Of a stretch of 64,000 nt of DNA, positions 1 to 10,129 are shown piece by piece (within the stretch, counting starts at the first letter, position 1; each line of letters starts with the position of its first letter). A model generated the notes under the pieces. The model was given only the letters and a program-made list of their open reading frames with translations. It made no database searches and was not told the DNA's origin. The position numbers and the translations under genes were made by a program. The stretch is from assembly GCF_035084215.1 (NCBI RefSeq), contig NC_090349.1, forward strand, positions 10,974,001 to 11,038,000, in the 5' to 3' direction. The DNA is from Heptranchias perlo. Its lineage: Eukaryota.

Positions 1-49
1 ATGTACTTATTTCCCTTAATCTGTTCCTTCATGTAAATGTCAAGAATAA

Positions 50-899
50 CCATTAGCACAGTAAATTGTGTAGATGACAGCAGGAAATTACAAAGGGACA
101 TTGATAGATTGAGTGAGTGGGCAAAACTGTGGCAGATAGAGTTCAATGTGGGGAAATGTGAGGTCATCCACTTTGGATCCAAGAAAGACAAATCAGAATA
201 TTTTCTTCATGGCAAGAGACTAGGAACTGTGGAAGAGCAATGGGATTTGGCTCTCCAGGTACACAAATCACTAAAAGCTAGAGCACAGGCACAAAACGTA
301 ATCAAAAAGGCTAATGGAATGTTGGTCTTTATCCCAAGGTGGCTGGAATACAAAGGGAAGGAAGTTATGCTTCAGTTGTACAGAGCCTTGGTCCATCTGG
401 AATACTGCGTTCAGTTTTGGACACCGAACCTCAGGAAGTAGATATTAGCCTTAGAGCGGGTACAACGTAGATTCACCAGAATTATTCCAGGGATTAAAGG
501 GTTAAATTATGACAAGTTGCAAAAACTTGGCTTGTATTCTCTTGCATAGAGAAGGTTGAGGGGTGATCTAAATGAGGTGTTTAAAATGATAAAAGAATTC
601 GACCGGGTAGATACAGAGAAGCTATTTCCTCTAGTGAGGGAATCCAGAACAAAGGGGCACAATCTTAAAATTAGAGCTAGTCCATCCAGAAGTGAAATCA
701 GGAAGCACTTATTCACATAGAGGTTAGTGGAAATCTGGAATTCTCTTCCCCAAAAGGCTACGGATGCTGGGTCAAGGTTATTAAGGGATATGGATCAAAG
801 GTGGGTAAGTGGAGTTGAGGTACAGATCAGTCACGATCTACTTGAATGGTGGAACAGGCTCGAGGGGCTGAATGGCCAACTCCTGTTCCTATGTTCCTA
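50..899 (+). mobile_element. CR1-clade LINE, 5'-truncated and degenerate (RT C-terminal part plus 3' UTR)
   Basis: ORF 37..441 has the CR1 ORF2 motifs LQRDIDRLSEWAKLWQIEFNVGKCEVIHFG and LEYCVQFW. The element ends in the typical tail ctcctgttcctatgttcct. Confidence 0.9.
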
Positions 900-1979
900 G
901 CTGATTATCTGGATGGAAGGTCAGACTGGGAAGGATTGAGAAAGGACCGTATGTTTAGGATGCTGTATCTGACACTTCAAATAAACAAATACTTGGCATG
1001 AAAAAGAATTCTCCTCAAACCATCTCAGTGGCCAAGAGACTGGGGCAGCAATCTGTTTCTAAGGCTGCACCAATAATGCTCAGTACTGGACACTAGAAGC
1101 TCCATAAAAGAGGCAGGTGACTCACAGTCCCTGTCGGTGAAGTGCCGTACCTGTGTCCTGCATCTCCACAACTGTGGGCACAAGCTCGCCCATTACAGGA
1201 GTTGCAAGCACAATCCTGTGTGCTGCCCCTTCATGCATCTCCTGCTGCTGGAACTCCACTGCACTACCCCACAATGACCTTCTATTAACCCTACGCTCTG
1301 AAATAGCAATGTTCAGAGTACAATTTATAACAGGATTCCTCGGTGCATCTTGCAATTAGAAAATTTCTGGATCAAGTACATTTGTAGTGAGCATTTCCAT
1401 TCTATTCTATTGCATTAACACATCATGGCTGTACATAGTTTACCATAACCAAGCAACAGCCCCTCACCGGAACAGCACTTCAGAAGCTCTGAGTCATGCT
1501 TGCCTCAATTATATTTAAAAGCTCAGTGATCTACTTAACTTGAAGTCCTGGTATTCAAACTTAATGCCTTCTCCATTAACATTGAACCTATTATATTTAA
1601 ATGGATCTCTCACAATTGCCCCATCCCACAGTGGCACCCTTTCAACTAGCTCATTAAAACCATCCTGTGCTTCACCTCCCATAGCAGACGGTTTGAGAAG
1701 CCTCACCAGCTTGGCTTCTGCTCAAATCACAATTTGCTGGAGACACAAAAGCAGGGCAGGACCACACACCAATATTGGACTTGGGAGTACATCAGGGTTA
1801 CACCCACTGCAGCACTCAGGCACATGCTCCTTTCACTCTGATATAACAGACTGTTTCTGACTCCAATAACAACTTGCTTTTATATATGCTCCTTAAATAA
1901 AGGAATGCCTCGGAGAGAAAGGGAAGGCACATAGAACCTGGAAAGGATTGAGAGAATCAAAGGCACAGTCAGAGAACCA

Positions 1980-2838
1980 GAATTATAGAAAGTTACGACA
2001 CAGAAGGAGGCCATTTGGCCCATCATGTCCGTGCCGGCCGAAAAAGAGCTAGCTAGCTTAATACCACTTTCCAGCACTTGGTCCATAGCCTGTAGGTTAC
2101 AGCACTTCAAGTGCTCATCCAAGTAACTTTTTAAATGTGTTGAGGGTTTCTGCCTCTACCACCCTTTCAGGCAGTGAGTTTTAGACCCCCACCACCCTCT
2201 GGGTGAAACGTTTCTCCTCAGCTCCCCTCTAATGCTTCTACCAATTACTTTAAATCTATGCCCCCTGGTCACTGACCCCTCTGCTATGGGAAATAGGTCC
2301 TCCCTATCCATTCTATCTGGTCTCGTCATAATTTTATATATCTCAATTAAATCTCCCCTCAGCTTCCTTTGTTCCAAAGAAAACAACCCCAGCCTGTCCA
2401 ATCTTTTCTCATAGCTAAAATTCTCCAGCCCTGGCAACATCCTCGTAAATCTCCTCTGTACCCTCTCTAGTGCAATCACATCTTTCCTGTAATGTGGTGA
2501 CCAGAACTGTACGCAGTACTCAAGCTGTGACCTAACCAGTGTTTTATGCAGTTCCAGCTTAACATCCCTGCTCTTATATTCTATGCCTCGGCTAATAAAG
2601 GAAAGTATCCCGTTTGCCGCCTTAACCACCTTATCTACCTGTCCTGCTACCTTCAGGGATCTGTGGACATGCATTCCAAGGTCCCTCTCTTCCTCTATAC
2701 TTCTCAATATCCATCCATTTATTGTGCACTCCCTTGCCTTGTTTGCCCTCCCCAAATGCATTACCTTACACTTCTCTGGATTGAATTCCATTTGCCACTT
2801 TTCTGCCCACCTGACCAGTCCATTGATATCTTCCTGCA
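1980..2838 (-). mobile_element. CR1-clade LINE 3' fragment
   Basis: ORF 2156..2791 (MEFNPEKCKVMHLGR...LEYCVQFWSPHYRKDVIALERVQRRFTRM) is followed by a CR1 3' UTR ending in ttctataattct. Confidence 0.92.
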
Positions 2839-2856
2839 GTAATCAGCCTTGTGTCA

Positions 2857-3300
2857 GTCGTGGCTCAATGATCGCACTCTCATCTCTGAGTCAGAAGGTG
2901 ATGGGTTCAAGCCCCATTCCAGAAACTTGAGCACATAATCTAGGCTGGCCCTTCAGTAGTCAGGGGCTGCTGCACTGTCGGAGGTGCCGTCTTTCGGATG
3001 AGACGTTAAACCGAGGCCTCAGGTGGACGTTAAAGATCCCATGGCACTATTTTGAAGGGCAGCTGGGGCGTTCTCCCCAGCGTCCTGGCCAACATTCATC
3101 CCTCAACCAACATAACTAAAACAGATTATCTGATCACTTATCTCATTGCTGTTTGTGGGCTCTTGCTGTGCACAAATTGGCTGCCGTGTTTACTACATTA
3201 CAACAGTGATTACACTTCAAAAGAACTTCATTGGTTGTAAAGCGCTTTGAGACGACCTGGTGTCAGGAAAGGCACTATATAAATGCAAGTCTTTCTTTTC
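2857..3300 (+). mobile_element. tRNA-derived SINE (SacSINE1/DeuSINE-like)
   Basis: tRNA-like head with box A (gtggctcaatg) and box B (gggttcaagccc), a conserved central body, and the tail gtaaagcgctttg...aaaggcactatataaatgcaagtctttc. The same family recurs at 7871, 33590 and 40468. Confidence 0.8.
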
Positions 3301-3329
3301 TTTTAATTGAAGTCAGCAGAGTAGTGGGT

Positions 3330-4640
3330 CTCAGTTGGAACAAGTGGCTGGAGAAGATTCTTGAGTTAAATTGAAGCGAGACCATGGAAAGATTCATTGA
3401 AGGGTGGAGGAAGGGAGGCCAGCGAGGACAGCACTCAAGGTATTATTTTTTGCGTTGATGAAGGTACGGCTCAGGGGTTTGGCAGCGGAAGGAGAGAGAT
3501 AAAGGTAGATAAAGATACAAATGCCAACTGACTGGGTATGGGGTACGCAATTCTCAGGGTCGAGCAGAAAGCTGATATTGTGTATCACGTAGTTCAGCCT
3601 GCAGAGGCAGCTAGGCTAAGTTAATGGAACTCTTGGGTACTGGCGTGAAGCAAAGAGGATTGCTTTAGTTTTGCTGACATTGAGTTGAAGGAAATTTTGT
3701 CAAGCACCAAAATTTTGGACAGCCAGATAGGAGGCGCAGCCATGGAATCAATGATGGGTGTCACCAGTGTGTCCATGAAACCTAACCCTGTCTTTGTTGG
3801 TGATATCCATAAGCTGAGGGATAGCATGATGATGATAAATATGAGGATATCAAGGATGGGCCTCCGAGGGTAAAAAGGCATGAGAGGAGAAGTTATTCAA
3901 GAAGATGGCATGGTTTTATTTGGATAAGTACAGTTCAAACCAGGAGAACATGGAAAATGGAAATAGACCATGAGAGACAGTGGAGGAGAACATGAGGTTA
4001 ACAGTTTTGAATGCAGGGAGAGGTCAAGGAAGACAAGAAAGACCAAAGACAAGATGGCCGAAGCTGTTTTTATCAGGGTAGACTCAGTCCTATGGGTGAG
4101 TCAAAAACCACATGGGAAGAACTACAAAAAAATGCTTGGAGCGGTAAACACAGAAGTGGGTAGCAACAGCCTTGGAGTTTAAGAACTTTGGAAAGAAAGG
4201 GCAGGTTGGAGATAGTTTGAGAGAGTGGAAGGTCAAAGGCACCCTTTCTTGGAGGAATGGCGATAGTATCAGAGGATAGCAAGGGATTGATGTTATTGGC
4301 AAGCATCGGGCTGAGGAGAGGGAATTGGGCAGTCAGGAGCTGGTTGGAAGCTGGTCAAGAGAACAGATGGTGGCATTCTTAGAGGAAATGAGTTTGGTGA
4401 GATTGGAGGAAGAAACTGAGGAGTTGGTGTTGTCAGGGTTTTGGGAAGGGCAGGGCTGACGATTGACAGCAGAACAGAAGGGAAGGCACAGAAGAAGCAG
4501 CAAACAAGTGTCTCCAAAATCAAGGTCATCCAAAGAAGTCCACAAACTCCTCATATTTAGTGTCAGAGGCTAGTATGGAGATGGTGGGCAAGGGAACTCT
4601 GAAGAGGTGGTGTTGAAGAGGAGGACTTGAAAGTCATTAT
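3330..4640 (-). mobile_element. Old L2-clade LINE fragment
   Basis: The minus-strand translation contains ISNLPFLSKVL, an L2 RT motif, and LAGLPSSTL. Composition is strongly purine-skewed and there are many stops and frameshifts. Confidence 0.65.
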
Positions 4641-4654
4641 AGGGATCATCCTGG

Positions 4655-6300
4655 AACATAAGAAATAGGAGCAGGAGTAGGCCATACTGCCCCTCGAGCC
4701 TGCTCCGCCATTCATTCAGATCATGGCTGACCTTCTACTCCAACTCCACTTTCCTGCCCGATCCCCATATCCCTTGATTCCCTTAGTGTCCAAAAATCTA
4801 TTGATCTCAACCTTGAATATACTCAACGATTGAGCATCCGCAGCCCTCTGGGGTAGAGAATTCCAAAGATTCACAATCCTCTGAGTGAATAAATTCCTCC
4901 TCATCGCAGTCCTAAATGGCTGACCCCTTATCTTGAGATTATGACCCCAAGTTCTAGACTCTCCAGCCAGGGGAAACAGCCTCTCAGCATTGACCCTGTC
5001 AAGCACTCTAAGAATTTTGATACATTTCAATAAGATCCCATCTCATTCTTCTAAACTCCAGAGAATATAGGCCCACTCTACCCAATCTCTCCTCATAGGA
5101 CAATCCCAGGAATTTGGTGTAACCCTTCTAAGGCAAGTATATCCTTCTTTGGGTAAGGAGACCAAAACTCCAGGTGTGGTCTCACCAGAGCCCTATATAA
5201 TTGCAGCAAGACCTCCTTATTCTAATACCCCAATCCCCATGCAATAAGGCAAACACACTATTTGCCTTCCTAACTGCTTGCTGTACCTGCATGTTAACTT
5301 TCTGTGATTTGTGTACAAAGACACTCAAATCCCTCTGAATACCAACATTTCTTCGTCTCTCACCTTTTAAAAAAATATTCTGCTTTTCTATTCTTCCTAC
5401 CAAAGTGGATAATTTCTCATTTCCCCACATTATACTCCATCTGACACCTTCTTGCCCACTCACTTAACCTGTCTATATCTCCTTGCAGACTCTTTGCGTC
5501 CCTCTCATAGCTTACTTTCCCACCTAGCTTTGTATCGTCAGCAAACTTGGATACATTACACTCGGTCCCTTCATCTAAGTCATTGATATATATTGTAAAC
5601 AGCTGAGGCCCCAGCTCTGTTCCTTGCAGCACCCCACTGGTTACAGCCTGCCAACCTGAAAATGACCCGTTTATTCCTACTCTCTGTTTTCTGTCCATTA
5701 ACCAATCCTCAATCCATGCTAATATATTACCCCCAATCCCATGAGCCCTAATCTTGTGTAACAACCTCTTGTGTGGCACCTTATCAAATGCCTTTTGAAA
5801 ATCCAAATATACTACATCCACTGGTTACCCTTTGTCTACCCTGCTAGTTACGCCGCCAAAAAAACTCTAATAGGTTTATCAAACACGATTTCCCTTTCAT
5901 AAACCATGTTGACTCTGCCTAATCATATTATGATTTTCTAAGTGCCCTGTTACCACGTCCTTAATAATAGATTCTAGCATTTTCCCTACTACTGATGTAA
6001 GGCTAACTGGCCTATAGTTCCCTGTTTTCTCTCTCCCTCCTTTCTTGAACAGTGGGGTTACATTTACTACCTTCCAATCCACTGGGGCCATTCTAGAATC
6101 TAGGGAATTCTGGAAGGTCAAAACCAATGCATCCACTATCTCTGCAGCCACCTCTTTTAAAACCCTACGATGTAGGCCATCAGGTCCAGGGGATTTGTCG
6201 ATTTTAGTTCCATGAATTTCTCAAGTACTTTTTCTCTACTGATATTAATTACTTTAGTTCCTCACTCTTATTAGACCCTTGGTTCCCTACTATTCCCGGT
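4655..6300 (-). mobile_element. CR1-clade LINE, 5'-truncated, frameshifted
   Basis: Consecutive ORFs 5897..6151 (NYRPVSLTSVVGK), 5417..5821 (YLDFQKAFDKVPH, FADD) and 4716..5030, with tail ttcttatgttcc. Confidence 0.93.
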
Positions 6301-6353
6301 AACGGACTCCGTCAATAATAGCGAAAACGTATTAAAAATTACTCTCTCTAGCA

Positions 6354-7411
6354 CAGTACTGTACAGTATGTTAGCCACTAGCCACATGTGGCTAATCGGG
6401 AATCCAGATGTGGCTAGTTATATTTTTGATTAGTAAATTTTAAAAAAGAGCAATAGACACCATCATTGGACATGTGATGTCAATACTCATTTGCATGGCG
6501 TATGCATATGTACTTTTTTGTACATTCTTGGTAAAATGGTAAAACAAAAATCAATGTGCGTGAATGTTTTTGATTGTTATGTCTGCTTTAATTCCTTAGT
6601 TATTTGCAAAAATGGTGTGTAACACAGGTTAAAACAACGGGCTTCAGCACCATGGAAACACCATCAACATTGTATGGAGAGGGGAGCTGTCATCGTCGTC
6701 AGCTCGACCTGTCAGAATAATTACTCCTGGCCAGCAGCAGAAAGCAAGCTCCAACAGGGCAAGCAGCACCCTACCACGTTCTGGATGGAGTGCGGGGGGG
6801 GGGGGGGAGGTCCGGATGGAGAGTGGGGGGTTGGGGGTCCGGATGGAGAGTGGGGGGTTGGGGGTCCGGATGGAGAGTGGGGGGTTGGGGGTCCGGATGG
6901 AGAGTGGGGGGTTGGGGGTCCGGATGGAGAGTGGGGGGTTGGGGGTCCGGATGGAGAGTGGGGGGTTGGGGGTCCGGATGGAGAGTGGGGGGTTGGGGGT
7001 CCGGATGGAGAGTGGGGGGTTGGAGGTCCGGATGGAGAGTGGGGGGTTGGGGGTCCGGATGGAGAGCGGGGGAGGGTCTGGTGTATCTTGTTGTGCAAGT
7101 CAACATTGTCCGCAATCTCTCCGACGAAGTCAAAGTATCACTCTCAACTGCTGGACAGAAGCCTAGAAGCTGCACTAAGATGTGCCATGCCTGATAAATT
7201 AATGCCAGAACTCCAAATTTTGGTGAAAGAGAAAGACTGCAAAGTTTCGCGCTGAATGGCAGTTGATGTTTGTTTAGTAAATATTCACGTGAAGTATATT
7301 TACCCTGTACTGTGTGTAAGGTATTTTCTACTAAAATTAGTGCATGTGGCTAAAATAGGGGCACCGTATCCACACTTGTGGCTGGTCAGTGACCTATATT
7401 GGATAACACTG
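6354..7411 (+). mobile_element. Internally deleted hAT (Charlie/MER3-like) DNA transposon
   Basis: 8-bp target-site duplication CTCTAGCA at 6346-6353 and 7412-7419. Imperfect TIRs CAGTACTGTACAGTA / TATTGGATAACACTG and subterminal AGCCACTAGCCACATGTGGCT. Residual transposase C-terminus STLSAISPTKSKYHSQLLDRSLEAALR...KDCKVSR* at ~7085-7255. Confidence 0.85.
6808..7072. repeat. 27-bp G-rich minisatellite, ~10 copies (GTCCGGATGGAGAGTGGGGGGTTGGGG)
   Basis: TCCGGATGG recurs at exact 27-bp spacing from 6811 to 7054. Confidence 0.97.
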
Positions 7412-7870
7412 CTCTAGCACACCCTTGCCATAACGAAATTATGCATCCACACCAAAAATAGACAATCCGAACACAAATCAGATGAACGAACATGAAAAGG
7501 AAATGAAACCACATCCTGTCATGTAAAAATACACTAACACCCGCCCAACTCTTACAAAACCACGGCGTTGTAAAGCTTTGTTTGTTTAAAATGGCCCTGT
7601 AGCTCGTATCTAGGTAGCCAAACTCCAAAACTCGCTCCAATTCCTCTGACCCAGATCCTAACCATTCCTTCGCAGCCAAGTTCCCACTCCCTATCTTTAA
7701 CACTCAATACCAACTCAATCCCAAACCGGTATGTTACAGTCCTAAGGCGAGTACAAGTTTATTTCCTGGCACCATAAAGCAACGCTGCCCAACCTTCTGT
7801 CTTCATGTGCTCACAAAGGTGAGCCTCAGGGGCCATATGTAATGTTCCCATTAATTTCCACATATCTCAA

Positions 7871-8278
7871 AAAGAAAAGACTTCCATTTATATGGTGCCT
7901 TTCACAACCTCAGGACATCCCAAAGCGCTTTACAGCCAATACTTTGTGAATTGTAGTCACTGTTGTAATGTAGGAAACGCGGCAGCTAATTTGCGCACAG
8001 CAAGCTCCTACAAACAGCAACGTGATAATGACCAGATAATCTGTGATGTTGGTCGAGGGATAAATATTGGCCAGGACACCAAGGAGAACTCCTTTACTCT
8101 TCTTCGAATAGTGCTATGGGATCTTTTACATCCAGCGGGAGAGCAGATGGGGCCTCAGTTTAAAGTCTCATCCGAAAGTCGGCACCTCTGACAGTACTGC
8201 ACTGGTGTGTCAGCCTAGATTTTGCGCTCAACCTTCTGACTCAGAGGTGAGAGTGCTACCATTGAGCTACGCCTGACA
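7871..8278 (-). mobile_element. tRNA-derived SINE (same family as 2857-3300)
   Basis: Reverse-complement match to the SINE at 2857-3300, including head and tail. Confidence 0.8.
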
Positions 8279-8889
8279 CATCTGCAAAATGTGCAGCAGA
8301 GTGAATTTTCCTCAGTGGCTTTAAGTTTCCACATCATTATTTCTGTTCAAAAACTTTCATAGTCGTGCCTCTTGTAGTTATTCATTACTATACATGACCT
8401 GTGACTGCACATGATTTGTCTGGCTATTTTGTAGACAATTTGACCATCCAACAAACGTAACAAAAAAAATCCAGAACAGGAGAGGCCACTGATATTAGAG
8501 ATTCATAAACTTTTCAATGTCCAGCATTTGCTTCCTCCCCATCTTTCGTCCATTCCTTCTGTCCTCATCCATTGACCTTTTGCCCCCGACCCTTTACCCC
8601 TCTTCTGCCCCTAACTCCATACCTTCCCCCTCTGCTTCCACCCTCTATCCCTAGCTTCTGTTCTCCTTCTCCCTCCAAACTCACCCCTTGGCCATTTTTC
8701 TCCCTGTATCTGAAGCTTCTATCTTGGCTACTGCCATTTTGTCTTCACTGCCCTTTCATCCTCTCTGTTCCCAGCTCCTGCCCTCTTGCCTCTTCTGCCT
8801 CCAAACCTTTGCCTTTCAGCCCCTCTGTCCCTATCCCCTGTTCAACGTTGCTCCCTGTCCTGAGCTGAGCTCCTCAGCTCCATCTACCC

Positions 8890-9330
8890 CCTGGCGGCCA
8901 GTGGCGGTAGGGCAGAGCCACCAGTTGCCGAGCTGATAGCGCAGGGAGTTAGTGTGAGGCGGGGCGAGGCGGGGCGGCGGCGGCGGCCGGTGTGATGAGC
9001 CGGGCTGGGGGAGATAGGTGGGTGAGAAGGCCGGACGCTGTTCCCCGCCGCAGTTACCGTGCTGCCGGTTGCTGTAGAGCCCGTGACAGTCCTGCAGGAT
9101 CCTCTGGTCGGTCGGGGTAATAACGGCATCGATGCTGTTGGCCACCGGGCGCATTCGAGGTCCCGGTCTGAACATCACTGCGCTGACAGGAGGCGCGCAC
9201 GCAGCGTAACACACCGGGTGCGTGCGTGCGTGCGCGGGCACGCCGTGGGGCGCGCGGCGCCATATTGGCACGGCAGGTGCGTGCACGTACTCGCCACCGT
9301 GTACCTTAACTGAGAGCTCAGAACGTGGGT
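8890..9330. promoter_or_regulatory. CpG island and promoter of the minus-strand gene starting at 9175
   Basis: High CpG density, GC boxes (ggcggggc ~8958-8975), NRF1-like GCGC/GCGTGCG repeats 9192-9236, and an overlapping YY1/CCAAT motif CGCCATATTGG at 9258-9268. Confidence 0.75.
9058..9175 (-). CDS. First coding exon of an uncharacterised protein, probably an EHD/dynamin-like P-loop GTPase; later exons not found, presumably left of the window
   Basis: ATG at 9175 in the CpG island. Encodes MFRPGPRMRPVANSIDAVITPTDQRILQDCHGLYSNRQH and ends at a phase-1 donor G|GTAACT. SIDAVITP..RIL.DCH.LY resembles, from memory only, the N-terminus of an uncharacterised fish GTPase family. Confidence 0.6.
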
Positions 9331-9391
9331 TGGTGGGGCTGGCACCGCACGACAGATGCCCCCGAACAACAACTTGCATTCATATACTTAA

Positions 9392-9850
9392 AAAGGAAAA
9401 TTTGCAGAGCTATGGGGAAAGAGCAGGGGAGTGGGACTAATTGGATAGCTCTTTCAGAGAGCCAGCACAGGCACGATGGGTCGAATGGCCTCCTTCTGTG
9501 CTATATGATTCTACGTAGCACCTTTAACATAGGAAAACATCCCAAGATGTTTCACAGGTTCCAAACCCAGAACCTCCACCTAGGACATGTGCAGCAGGAG
9601 CATGAGAACACGATCCCCTCCAATTTCCCCTCCAAGACACACCCCATCCCAACTTGGATATATAATTGCCGTTCTTTCATCTTGCTGGGTCAATATCCTG
9701 GAATTCCCTACCTAACACCATTGTGGGAGTACCTTTACTACATGGACTGCAGCAGTTCAAGAAAAGGCCCATAACCACCGTCTCAAGGGCAACGAGGGTT
9801 GGGCAATAAATTCTGGCCCTACCACCGATCGTATATCCTGAGAATTAAAA
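9392..9850 (+). mobile_element. CR1 3' tail followed by a HER1/HE1-type LINE 3' end
   Basis: 9392-9512 matches the CR1 tails at 25200, 30280 and 60870. 9690-9850 (ggactgcagcagttcaag...gggcaataaa) matches 55255-55410. Confidence 0.65.
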
Positions 9851-10129
9851 ATTCTATAATGTGTATGGATTTTCAAGTTTGCTAAGGTGTCCTATAGGAG
9901 GCTTGTTACAAAAATCCAGGTGTATGAACGTAGCAGCTTGGATGAAAAGTTGATTGTTGGTCAGGAAACGAAGGATTACGGTGAACGTGGCCGTAGTGCT
10001 GAGCCTGGCTCGGGCAGAGCCACCAGTTGCCTGATTGAAGATGGGTTGGAAGTGGTGTACTCCAGGAGTCAATGCTGAGCCCACTTTAGTTCTCGGTATG
10101 TATAAGTGATTTGGACTTGAGCATAGGGA

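Noticed and set aside
1122-1745. Exon-like minus-strand segments as possible exon 2 of the 9175 gene
   Set aside because: Acceptor-like sites exist (~1300, ~1740), but the translations show no P-loop or other recognisable motif. More likely repeat-derived or cryptic.
6674-7255. 193-aa ORF with GPDGEWGVG repeats, and the overlapping Pro-rich ORFs
   Set aside because: These are translations of the 27-bp minisatellite; only the last ~55 codons are a transposase remnant.
8831-9379. 182-aa single-exon ORF
   Set aside because: An open frame caused by CpG-island composition. Only 9175-9058 is bounded by an ATG and a donor and looks protein-like.
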